A DNA stretch of 64,000 bases from contig NC_042998.1 in NCBI RefSeq assembly GCF_006345805.1, forward strand, positions 33,356,001 through 33,420,000, written 5' to 3'. The translations under genes were made by a program, and so were the position numbers. Source of the DNA: Octopus sinensis. Lineage: Eukaryota. The notes under the pieces were generated by a model that searched no databases, was not told the DNA's origin, and saw nothing but the letters and a program-made list of their open reading frames with translations. Of this stretch, positions 51,301-62,034 are shown piece by piece (position 1 is the stretch's first letter; every line of letters starts with the position of its first letter).

Positions 51301-51440
51301 CGAATGCCTTCGACAGGATTGGGCAGTAAGGTACTATCTATCTGTTGTCTACTTCATACGGAAAATCATGCGCACCTCCACCATTGCAAATCTTCTGCCC
51401 CTGGTCAGGTATATTATGTCCTGCCAGATAGGCCTAAGGC
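48388..51440 (-). mobile_element. Helitron RepHel relic (helicase 48388-49000; Rep pieces 49795-50225 and duplicated at 51003-51440)
   Basis: GGTGKT, SSGIAATLLPNGRTAHSTFKL, LIVWDECTMAHK (PIF1); [48 protein letters not shown] (Rep). Confidence 0.9.
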
Positions 51441-52299
51441 ATTTTTCGACCGCTTCTTTTTATGCCAAGTCGATTTTCTTGTTTTTTTTTTTTTATTACA
51501 AACGTCTTGAATACTATTGTTTCTCTCGGTGTTGAATTCGAAACCTCGCTAGGAGGGGTCAGTTATTCTCATGCCCCCCCTTCTGAAGTAACTCCTTATA
51601 TTTTTTAAGTTTTTTCTGATCAAATTTTAGTTCTTGGTTATTCCGGCTGTCGCAGCAAAATTTATTGTTTTTCTCTATTTCCAATTTCCATCTCTTTGGT
51701 TGGATCCATTTCTTTTAACTTTTTGTCTAGTTTGTTGCAGAATTGTGACAGTTCTTCCTCATAAGAATCTATGTCTGAATAATTTATCATTTATCAAAAA
51801 AAATTATAATACCCAACAAGAAAGCTTCCCAATTCAAGCAAGTTGTGGGGAGAACGTTAACAAATCCACCACAACGCAGGAAGCAAAGTTTCAACAAAAA
51901 GAACTTAACAATAGTAATTGTGTAATATATCTGAAATAACTTGAATCATATCCTTTCAGACCGTAATAATAACGATATGTGTTTCTTTATTACCCACAGG
52001 GGGCTAAACATAGAAGGGACAATCAAGGACAGACAAATGGATTAAGTCGATTACATCGACCCCAGTGCGTAACTGGTACTTAATTTATCGACCCCGAAAG
52101 GATGAAAGGCAAAGTCGACCTCGACGGAATTTGAACCCAGAAGAACGTAACGGCAGACGAAATACGGCTACGCATTTCGCCCGGCGTGCTAACTTTTCTA
52201 CCAGCGCGCCGCCTTCTGTAATAATAACGATATGATGATGGTTTCAGAGGCTGACGATTGCACGTAAACTCTGTGAAAATAGTTCGCTCATATGAGGGG

Positions 52300-52830
52300 T
52301 TCTCATCCATTTTTTTTATCTATGGATCCCTTTGATGACTATTTTATTCTTGTGGACCCCTCCCCATAACTGTTCGATGTTTAAAACCTAGTTTTATAGA
52401 AACTTCTTTCAAAATTCCTATTTTGTTTTGCCCACATTAACTTGTGTAGGTTGAACTACGTAAAATGTTAGAGAAAGAAATCTAGCTGTTTCTTGCAATA
52501 CGTACCAATATGTACATCTAAAACAGGGGTTCCCAACCATTTCTTACCTACAGGCCCCTTTGATTACCATTTTATTCTGATGGACCCCACCATAGCCGTT
52601 CGATGTTTAAAAACTGGTTTTATAGATACTTCTTTCCAAATTCCTATTTTGTATTGTCCACATTAACTTGTGTAGGTTGAACTATGCAAAATGTTAGAGA
52701 AAGAAATCTAGCTGTTTTTTTAAATACATACCAATACATACATCTAAAGCAAAAATTTTTCAGGGACCCTTAAAATACTATTGCTGACCCCTAACTTACT
52801 ATTTGGTTACGTGGGCCCCACGAACCCTGG
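52300..52830. mobile_element. Tandemly duplicated hAT-type MITE
   Basis: CAGGGGTTCCCAACC terminus; two approximately 220-bp near-copies; related pieces at 41120-41310 and 43480-43620. Confidence 0.55.
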
Positions 52831-52831
52831 C

Positions 52832-54411
52832 TTGGTCATCATGCGGGACGAAGTCGAAAGCGTTAGTCAAGGCCCCGATGTCAACAAGGGTCACGGCCCT
52901 GACGGCATGCACCCACGGGTTATCAAAGCGTTGACTCCGGTTGGCGAGCCCTTAACCCGTCTATTCAATATGTCATTGGTGACGGGTGTTATACCTGCGG
53001 ACTGGAGAACAGCGATAATCCGCCCAATTTTCAAGAAAGGGATCCGCGAAAACCCTCTTAACTACCGACCGGTTTCCCTTACATCAATAATCAGCAAGAT
53101 GTTCGAAACCATCCTTAAGAAAGGTATGATGCTCCACCTCCAAAACACAGCCTCTATCTCTGATTCCCAACACGGCTTCGAGCCGAAGAGATCATGCTTG
53201 ACCAACTTACTGGTGATGAAAGAATTGGTGACGCGCATCCTCGATGATAGTGATGCTGTTGACATCGTTTTATTGGACTTTGCCAAAGCTTTTGACTCGG
53301 TAAACCACCGCCTATTACTTGTCAAGCTTCAAGCAAACAGTTTCCATCCGGATATTGTACGATGGATTGGTGCCTTCCTCTCAGATCGCTCCTTCCAAGT
53401 CCAAGTTAATGGTTCGCGATCCGACGTCTCCAGTGCGAGCAGTGGCGTGCCTCAAGGTTCAGTGCTTGGGGCCTTATTGTTCTTAGTCTTCATAAATGAC
53501 TTGCCCGACGACCTCACGCAACACACCCTTCTATTTGCCGACGATGTCAAACTGGTCGCTCCTCGCGGTGATATAGAGGATCTTCGTCGATGCCTCCACC
53601 AAATTTGGAGATGGTCTAACGAATGGGACCTGTGTCTGAACGTGTCAAAGTTCTGTCATCTGCCTGTTGGCTCTCCTCCTGCAACTCAACTTGATTTTGA
53701 GCCGGGTCGTCTGCTGCTGGAGAGGACCGATCAGGTAAAGGACCTGGGTATCTTGGCGGATTACTCCTTTTCGCCTTCGGCCCAGTGCGTCCATGCTTCC
53801 AACAAAGCACGCGGAGTTCTGTTCTTGATTCGACGGTCATTCGGAATGCTCACAGCAGCCATATTCCTACCGCTCTATGTCACGCTGGTGAGACCCATAT
53901 TGGAGTACGGGATTCAAGCCTCTTCGCCTTATCTCCTCAAAGACATACAGCATCTCGAAAGAGTCCAGAAGCTGGCTACCCGCATGGTTCTTGGTCTCAT
54001 GAATTTGTCTTATGAAGAAAGGCTGAAGACGCTCGACCTTTATTCTCTAGAAAAACGACGACGCCGTGGTGATCTCATTCTTGCTCACAACATCATAAGC
54101 GGAAAGTGTAACCTCTCGAAAGAGCTGTTCTTCACTCCTGCTCCAGAGCGTCGGCTGCGGGGTCATTCCGAAAAGCTCTATCTGCGACGATTTCATCTCA
54201 ATCGAAGGGGAGGGGCTTTTTCCGTCCGGGTTGCGGATCCGTGGAATAAGCTGCCGGACGAGATGGTGAAGATGCCAACGACCGCTCGGTTCAAAGTCTC
54301 CCTTGACCACAAGTGGCCTGAACTCTTTACATGAACACCACCCTGTACATAACTCCATGTCCCCCTACATGGCCCTGCTTTTTGCTTTTTGAGCCAAAAA
54401 ACTAACTAACT

Positions 54412-54414
<3 letters not shown>
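52832..54414 (+). mobile_element. 5'-truncated CR1-clade LINE with an uninterrupted RT ORF
   Basis: About 500 open codons: GPDGMHPRV, QHGF, DFAKAFDSV, SGVPQGSVLG, LFADDVKL, YEERL, RRRRGDLI; short 3' UTR and (CTAA)n tail; about 50% GC by eye. Confidence 0.93.
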
Positions 54415-54447
<33 letters not shown>

Positions 54448-54829
54448 TGCTTTCAGAAAAGTGTATTATGATGCAGTGTTGATTAACATCAACATTAAAA
54501 AAAATTATAAAAAAAGAGTATTAACGAAATTCAATTGGGTATTTTTTTATTAATTATATATTTGCATTTGTTTACTCAAATTGAGGTATCAGTTGGACTC
54601 TCCTTGCAGAGAAAAAAAATTGACTAAAATAAACGAGCAATGAATTTAAATAAATTTTATTTACGATATATAAAAATATAGATTATAAATTATATTCATT
54701 ATATGTAATGAAGATTTTTAATATTGATAAAGAATTTCAAATCTTAATAAATAACATTGATTGTATGCAATGAAAAATTTTAATATAAATAAATTATATG
54801 TAATGAGAAATTTAAATATTAATAAATAA

Positions 54830-55480
54830 TCTTTCTTACTCTAGGCACAAGGTCTGAAGATTTTCGGGGGAGGGGGTCAGTCGATTATATCGACCCAGTA
54901 TGCAACTGGTACTTATTTAATCGATCCCGAAAGGATGAAAGGCAAAGTCGACCTCGGCGGAATTTGAACTTAGAACGTAGCGGCAGACAAAATACCTATT
55001 TCTTTACAACCCACAACGGGCTAAACACAGAGAGGACAAACAAGGACAGACAAACGGATTAAGTCGATTATATCGACCCCAGTGCGTAGCTGGTACTTAT
55101 TTAATCGACCCCGAAAGGATGAAAGGCAAAGTCGACCTTGGCGAAATTTGAACTCAGAACATAACGGCAGACGAAATACTGCTACACATTTCGTCTGGCG
55201 GGCTAACGTTTCTACCAACTCGCCGCTTTAGAATATTAATGAATAATATAAATTATATGTAATGAGAAATTTAAATATTAATAAATAATATTGGTTTCAG
55301 ATTAAGGCATTAAGGCCAGCAATTTCGGAGGAGTGGGTAACTGGCACTTATTTTATCGACTTCAAAAGGATGAAAGGCAAAGTTGGCCCCGATGGCATTT
55401 GAACTCAGAATGTAAAGACGGATGAAATGCTACCAAGCATTTTGTCCGGCACGGTAACGATTCTTCTAGCTCGTCACCTT
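54830..55480 (-). mobile_element. SINE family B dimer plus a diverged monomer
   Basis: Inserted in a degenerate AT-rich approximately 45-50 bp repeat. Confidence 0.75.
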
Positions 55481-56029
55481 AATATCAATAAATAATAAAA
55501 GTTGTATGTAATGAAGATTTTAAATGTTAATAAATTAAAAATGATAAGACATCACATGAAATCAAATGTTTGCTTTCAAAGTTCATCGTTTCCAACATCG
55601 TGGCACACCGTCGGTTACGACGATGAGGTTGTTGCACACATAAAAATGCCCTCTGACCCAGTAATCGATGATATTATTAGATTGATTATAAATTAGTTAA
55701 ATACGAATAAATAAAGGCTATATTTGTAAAAAAAAAATAATTGATTTCCTTAAGCAATTTTTTTCTTGAAATTTTTAAAATAATGCCATACATGACTTTG
55801 CTTTTTCGTATAATTTGTCCATGTTTTATCCCGTCACTTACATTTGATTAGTGAGGAAGCAAGGTAGTTTAGTAAATTTCTCAGATTTTGGTAAATTTTA
55901 TCAAGTAAAGGAGAGTGAGTGGAAACTCAAATCTCCAAAATTGTAACAAAAATATAAATAATTATTCTTTTTACAGGCACAAGGCCCAATATAATAAATA
56001 ATAGCAAAATATATATAAAATATCTGATC

Positions 56030-56198
56030 TTCCATCCATCCATCCATCCATCCATCCATCCATCTATACATACATACATACATACATACATACATACATA
56101 CATGCATGCATGCATGCATGCATACATACATACATACATACATACATACATACATACATACATACATGCATACATGCATGCATGCATGCATGCATGCA

Positions 56199-56232
<34 letters not shown>

Positions 56233-56262
56233 CATGCATACATGCATACATGCATACACACA
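56030..56262. repeat. Compound (ATCC)n/(ATAC)n/(ATGC)n microsatellite
   Basis: Directly visible; representative of many TA, CA, ATAC, AAT and GAT tracts in the window. Confidence 0.95.
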
Positions 56263-56581
56263 TCTAGAGCAAAGTATAACTGGACTTGTGTTCTTGAGGA
56301 ACACGATATCTGGGACTAATAAATCTGCAAGATTTTCTTAAGATTTAATGGATAATGCTTCCAAGTTGGTGGCTAGTTAAAATTTACTCTAAACGAAAAA
56401 GAGAAAGAAAACATACATACATACATATGTACGTACGTATGTGTGTATTTATGTATGTATGTAAGCATGTATGTATGCATGTATGTATACGCTTACATAT
56501 ATAGTAATGATAATTTTATAATTGCAAATACGTAATCGGTCTCTCTGTTCATTTGAAAAGGATGTTTCAAACTTATGTCCA

Positions 56582-56938
56582 TTACAAACTCTTCAGGACT
56601 TTGATCAGGTAGTATGTAGAATAGTGTTCCTGCAAGATGTTCTCGTATTCAGCGATGAAAGCAAAGTCTCTTTTATAACGTTTAAACGTGCTTCCCACTT
56701 CACGTAGGTTTTCTGGCATAAAAGAACGGTCGATTGTATCGAAGATCGCAAGATTAAAAATCCACATCATTTGATAAAGTTCGCATTGCATAGAAAGGTT
56801 ATCATACGTAAGATCGTCTAAGGTGTTTTTCATTTCTTCCTCGTTTTCATCATTATGTACTTGTTCCAGAACCACTGCTACTTTGGACAGGTCATTATAA
56901 TGGTCAAAGTATAGTTGTGTACTGATATTTTGTAAATA
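56582..56938 (-). CDS. Terminal coding exon of the putative cytokine-like gene
   Basis: ttcttttttcag| acceptor; 119 codons YLQNISTQLYFDHYNDLSKVAVVLEQVHNDENEEEMKNTLDDLTYDNLSMQCELYQMMWIFNLAIFDTIDRSFMPENLREVGSTFKRYKRDFAFIAEYENILQEHYSTYYLIKVLKSL*; non-repetitive, amphipathic-helix-like. Confidence 0.82.
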   Translation of the reverse strand, partial: YLQNISTQLYFDHYNDLSKVAVVLEQVHNDENEEEMKNTLDDLTYDNLSMQCELYQMMWIFNLAIFDTIDRSFMPENLREVGSTFKRYKRDFAFIAEYENILQEHYSTYYLIKVLKSL

Positions 56939-56954
56939 CTGAAAAAAGAATATA

Positions 56955-57320
56955 TATATATATAAACGACTTAATTTATATATAATTTCTTATTATAATA
57001 ATATAATATAATAATATAATAATTATTAATATATAATTCATATATAAACGACTTAATGTATATATAATTTATTATTATAATAATATAATATAATAATATA
57101 ATAATTATTAATATATAATTTATATATAAACGACTTAATTTATATATAATTTCTTACTATAATAATATAATATAATAATGTAATAATATAATAATTATTA
57201 GTATATAATTCATATATAAACGACTTAATTTATATATTATTTATTATTATAATAATATAATATAATAATATAATAATAATTAATATATAATTTATATATA
57301 AACGACTTAATTTATAAACA
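56955..57320. repeat. AT-rich minisatellite, about 80-90 bp unit
   Basis: TATATAAACGACTTAAT recurs five times (about 56960, 57043, 57125, 57215, 57296). Confidence 0.85.
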
Positions 57321-57889
57321 CCTTAAGAAATTATATTATTAGAACATTTAGAAAGGCGACGAGCTGGCAGAATCGTTAGCACACTCGACGAAATGCTTAG
57401 CGGTAATTCGCCCGTCACTACGTTCTGAGTTCAAATTCCGTTGCGGTTGACATTGCCTTTCATCCTTTCGAGATCGATAAATTAAGTACCAGTTGATCAC
57501 CGGAGTTGATGTAATCGACTAGTCCCCTCTCCACAAATTTCAGGCCTTGTAGAAAGGATTATTAGAACGTTTAGAGAATGGCCGTCGTGGGGTAAAAATT
57601 TATCATCGAACGATTGCAGTCGATGGCCAGGTTTCAGTTTCAATTTCAAGCCAATTTATTTCAATAAATCCACTAAATTCCTATGTTACTGAATATTGGT
57701 TTCAGTTTTAGGCATAAGGCTAGCAATTTCGGAGTGGGGTGCAAGTCGATTACATCGACCACAGTGCACAACTGGTACTTGTTATATTAACCTTGAAAGG
57801 GATGAAAAGCATGGTGATTTCGGCGGAATTTGAACTCCACTAAGCATTTTTCCCAACGTGTAAACGATTCTAGCAACTTGTTGCCCTGT

Positions 57890-58200
57890 GTCACTAAATA
57901 CTAAGAGCCCACCTACATACCTCATGTAAACTATAGAGTGTACATGCCTGTTTAATATAAAGCAATCAATCATTAGTCTGGTATCTTTTGCTGAAGATGA
58001 GAAAACCACTTCGAAATACATGTAACCAACAGTCTAGTTAGGGAGCGCTGTGAGCTGAATCGATGCATTTGTACCCCTTTTTCAAGTGCGAGAAATTTTC
58101 TCCATGACAAAATACAGTGAATTGCCTTCATACGAGTTTGAATATTTGAACTGGGAGCAAGTTTGGATTTACACACATCGCTGCTTTGCGGTGCCACCCT
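57890..58200 (-). mobile_element. Possible degenerate Penelope-like RT fragment
   Basis: LEKGVQM/GTNAS..TVGYMYFE and IVYMRYVGGLLVF resemble the G..MG..A and RYVDD motifs; heavily decayed. Confidence 0.4.
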
Positions 58201-58326
58201 AAACTCTATCTATGTTTACTGGTAGGCATGTATGCATGTATGGAGGCAGTGTGAGAGAAATGGTGAGCGTGACAGTTGAGAATTAAATCTACGTGTGTGT
58301 TATATATGGAAACAGTAAAAACTTAC

Positions 58327-58421
58327 CCCTGGATGCCGTCTTTCTTCGAAAATTCTGAACTATTTAGAACGGTTAAGTTGCGAAAAATTTTTAGTAATTC
58401 GGTTTCATTAAATCTTTTTGC
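58327..58421 (-). CDS. Middle coding exon of the putative cytokine-like gene
   Basis: ttttcttattag| acceptor, |gtaagt donor; open in phase 0 after the previous exon: AKRFNETELLKIFRNLTVLNSSEFSKKDGIQ(G); 95 nt, so it ends in phase 2. Confidence 0.65.
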
Positions 58422-58519
58422 CTAATAAGAAAAAAATATAGTTTTGAAAAATTAATTTTCAATGCAAAGAATTAATAAAATATTAACGATAATTGATAAG
58501 AATTAACAAAAAATACTTT

Positions 58520-58902
58520 TCTACTCTAGATACAAGGCCCGAAATTTTGGGGGAGGGGGCCAGTCGATTAGATCGACCTTAGTACACAACTGGTACTTAA
58601 TTTACCGACCCCGAAAGGATGAAAGGCAAAGTCGACCTCGCCGGAATTTGAACTCAGAACGTAAAGACAGGCGAAATACCTATTTCTTTACTATCCACAA
58701 GGGGCTGAACATAGAGGGAACAAACAAGGACAGACAGATGGATTAAGTCGATTACATCGACCCCAGTACTTATTTAATCGACCCCGAAAGGATGAAAGGA
58801 AAAGTCAACCTCGGCGGAATTTGAACTCAGAACGTAACGGCAGACAAAATACGGCTACGCATTTCGCCCGGCGTGCTAACGTTTCTGCCAGCTCACCGCC
58901 TT
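58520..58902 (-). mobile_element. SINE family B multimer, intronic in the cytokine-like gene
   Basis: Junction at 58673-58686; further family B copies at about 48187-48380, 49585-49793, 50775-51003, 51985-52213, 57353-57560, 57695-57885 and 60265-60490. Confidence 0.8.
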
Positions 58903-59366
58903 GAATTGGTAAAATATTAATCGTGAGTGTGTGGTTAAGAAACTATATGACATGAGATTTAGTTCTATCGCGCGGCACCTTCAACAAGCCTCTTCTACTA
59001 AAACCCCGAGACGGCCAAAGTTTTGAGGGTGCCTTTGGTTGATGGAAACTGTATTTGGTTAACATCATGCATATATGCGACCCCCCCCCATACACACACA
59101 CAAGCGTACATACACACAAGCATAAGACCAATACTTGGACAGACTCAGAGCAGCCCTTGGGGAGCGAGCGACGCCACTTAGAAAGTCGCGAACAGCGATG
59201 AAAAGACTTTGACCAACAAAAAATCGATTAATTGTTTAAACAGCATATTAAATGAACAAACGATTAATTATTTGGTTAGATAAAGAAGTGATATTAAATC
59301 AGTGCGTGTGTCATTATTATTGGCGTAATGACGCTCCCAAGACATAAAAAAAAAAGATGTAGTTAC

Positions 59367-59605
59367 CATAGTTTCACGTATATTCCTGACAAGTACCAAA
59401 GTTTCTTCAGTTTTTTCAAGTAATCTGTTGAAATATTTCGTTGAATTATCTCCTTTGATGAAATGTTGTCCATCTTCGTAAGTAAATTCTGAAGAAGGCG
59501 TGCATGGATGATGCCACGGAATCAGTGGTGCTTTAGTGACTGGTAATGCGATCGTGCATTGAACAGCGAACAAAACTGCTGCGACAGTACAATACTTCAG
59601 GATAT
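59367..59605 (-). CDS. Coding exon (signal peptide and N-terminus) of a putative secreted helical cytokine-like protein
   Basis: tctcttatttgtag| acceptor, ATG|gtaact donor; 239 nt, phase 1 to 0; ILKYCTVAAVLFAVQCTIA-LPVTKAPLIPWHHPCTPSSEFTYEDGQHFIKGDNSTKYFNRLLEKTEETLVLVRNIRETM; hydrophobic signal-like stretch. Confidence 0.8.
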
Positions 59606-59910
59606 CTACAAATAAGAGAGAAATTAAAAATTTTTTAAAAAATGGATTTAACAACAAATTTCAATGACGATTATTATCAATGTCTAATATAATTTTTTTC
59701 TTTCTTTCTTCAAATTTTCTTCTGTTTCTCGCCGAGTGTTTTCCGTAAACCAAGGGCAGAGAAATTCAATGGATGCATTCCCAGATTACATATGCAAATC
59801 CACAGGTAAAATATGTATTTAAAAATTGATAAATAAATAAATTCATGAATGGATGTTGTTTTCACAGCGATAATGCTCTTCTCAGTACATGAGCTGTTCC
59901 AGTTAATACG

Positions 59911-59956
<46 letters not shown>

Positions 59957-60960
59957 TATTATTATTATTATTATTATTGAGTGAGAGAACAGCGCATGCC
60001 ATCAAAGTGACATTGGGGTACAGATATACGAAGTCCAATATACCCATCATGACTACCCGTCTGATAAGGGTACATCAGACACATGCATCACAACCATATG
60101 TGCACGACATACAGGTCGTCCTCGCCACATAACCCACCTTTCAACAAATTTACTGGGGGCGTAGCAGAAATTCCTTCTCCACTCTCCTTTCAATAATTAT
60201 ACTAATAATGATGGACTCTCCCGTCGACGACGACATATGAATATTCAGCGTTTTTTGTTTTTGCTTTTTGCCCACAAGGGGCTAAATACACAGGGGACAA
60301 ACAAGGACAGACAAACGGATTAAGTCGATTACATCGACCCCAGTGCGTAACTGGTACTTAATTTATCGACCCCGAAAGGATGAAAAGCAAAGTCGACGTC
60401 GGTGGAATTTGAACTCAGAATTCAGCGGCGGACGAAATACCACAAAGCATTTCGCCCGGCGTGCTAACGATTCTGCCAGTTCGCCGCCCTAATAAATGCG
60501 CCCTTTTTAGAGCCTAGCCAGGCTCATGGGCCCGGTGTATGTGTTCCCCAGCTGGATGGGACGCCAGTCCATCGCAGCGTTATTCATTTTTGCCAGCTGA
60601 GTGGACTGGAGCAACGTGAAATGAAGTGTTTTGCACAAGAACACAACGCGTCGCCTGGTCCAGGAATCGAAACCACAATCTTACGATCATAGTGCTGACA
60701 CCCTAACCACTAAGCCACGCGCCTCCATATTGAGTATTCAGCGTTTGCTGAACGGCCAGCACAGATGATGATTTGTTCATAATGCTCAAATGTGGGTGCT
60801 GTGCATTTACTCGTTCTCGCCATCAAATCGACGTTGTCTGAACAGGTGCGCGTTGTAAGGGAGATAACTCTGAATACTTTTAGATTCTTTCATTGCAAGT
60901 TCTTAATGTTTGTATGTACGTACATGTACACGTTCTGGCATACATACATACATACATACA

Positions 60961-60994
<34 letters not shown>

Positions 60995-61019
60995 CATACA
61001 TACATACATAACCTCGATC

Positions 61020-61950
61020 CAAAATGTCCTTTGAATTTCGCATCATATCCCTTCGTCAACATCTTTTAACCACCAAGTGTCGAAGTGCATCCCTTGACCA
61101 AGTTTGTATACGTGAGGCTGATAGCTCCATAATACCTGGAAGGAAGCTCCCTGAGCAACATTCCTTGTCTGATAACCTTAAATACATGCCCAAAGAAGTT
61201 GCACGATTCTACCGCAACATATCATCAGATGAAAGGATGATCCTATATGAGCAGAAGACTATGCATGGATATGTTAGTAGAAAGTCCAGAGATAATAGTA
61301 ATATTGATCATCAAAGCAGTTTATCTTGGACGAATAGCCGGATTACTACCTCTCGCTTTGAAGGGTATTCATTTGCAATCCAGAAACAAGAAATATCAAT
61401 TAAATACCTAGGATAGAGATGCAGGAAAAGCCGTAAAATGTGACAATCGACGCAGAATTTGTGGAGTTAACACCAAAGATATCACCCGCATCATAAGCAG
61501 TTGTCTGAAAATATCATCACGGTATTATCTACCGATGAGACATGATGTTGTGGCTAGAACACTCTATAATGAAATCCGTCGGAAGGATAATCTCGAGGGC
61601 AAAGAAATAAAAACCCACGGTATGGTAGAATCCATAGCCACTCATAATAAAAAGGAATACTGATGCAATGTCCCAGTGAAGGCCTCAATAAAATGTAAGC
61701 ACAACAGACCTGATATAATGATTTGGGATAAAGAAGAGAAACTGTGTACAGTTGTGGAAATTAGCTTCCCAGCCAAGTTCAGGTTTATACCTGTAATTAT
61801 TGAGGCTCTGGGATATGTGACAAACTGCCTAAATACCAGTCTTGAGAAATTAGTCTTCTCAAAACCAGAAAGGAGAAAGCTAATTCGAAGACTACAGATC
61901 CAATCCATCACTGGAACTGTAAAAAACTGTATAACTTTCCAGAAGTTTAA
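61020..61950 (+). mobile_element. R4/Dong-like non-LTR retrotransposon C-terminal relic (zinc knuckle plus restriction-like endonuclease)
   Basis: FEGYSFAIQKQEI, RYYLPMRHDVVARTLY, KHNRPDIMIWDKEEKLCTVVEISFP, FIPVIIEALG. Confidence 0.8.
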
Positions 61951-61952
61951 CA

Positions 61953-62034
<82 letters not shown>

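Noticed and set aside
55690-55730. ATTTA cluster downstream of the cytokine-like stop codon as AU-rich elements
   Set aside because: Expected by chance at this AT content, and the 3' UTR end is unknown
59606-59657. ORF-track N-terminus MLLNPFFKKFLISLLFV for the cytokine-like protein
   Set aside because: Starts at a non-ATG codon and reads through a polypyrimidine tract and AG, so it is probably intronic; likewise 52781-52831 of the 517-aa ORF is MITE sequence
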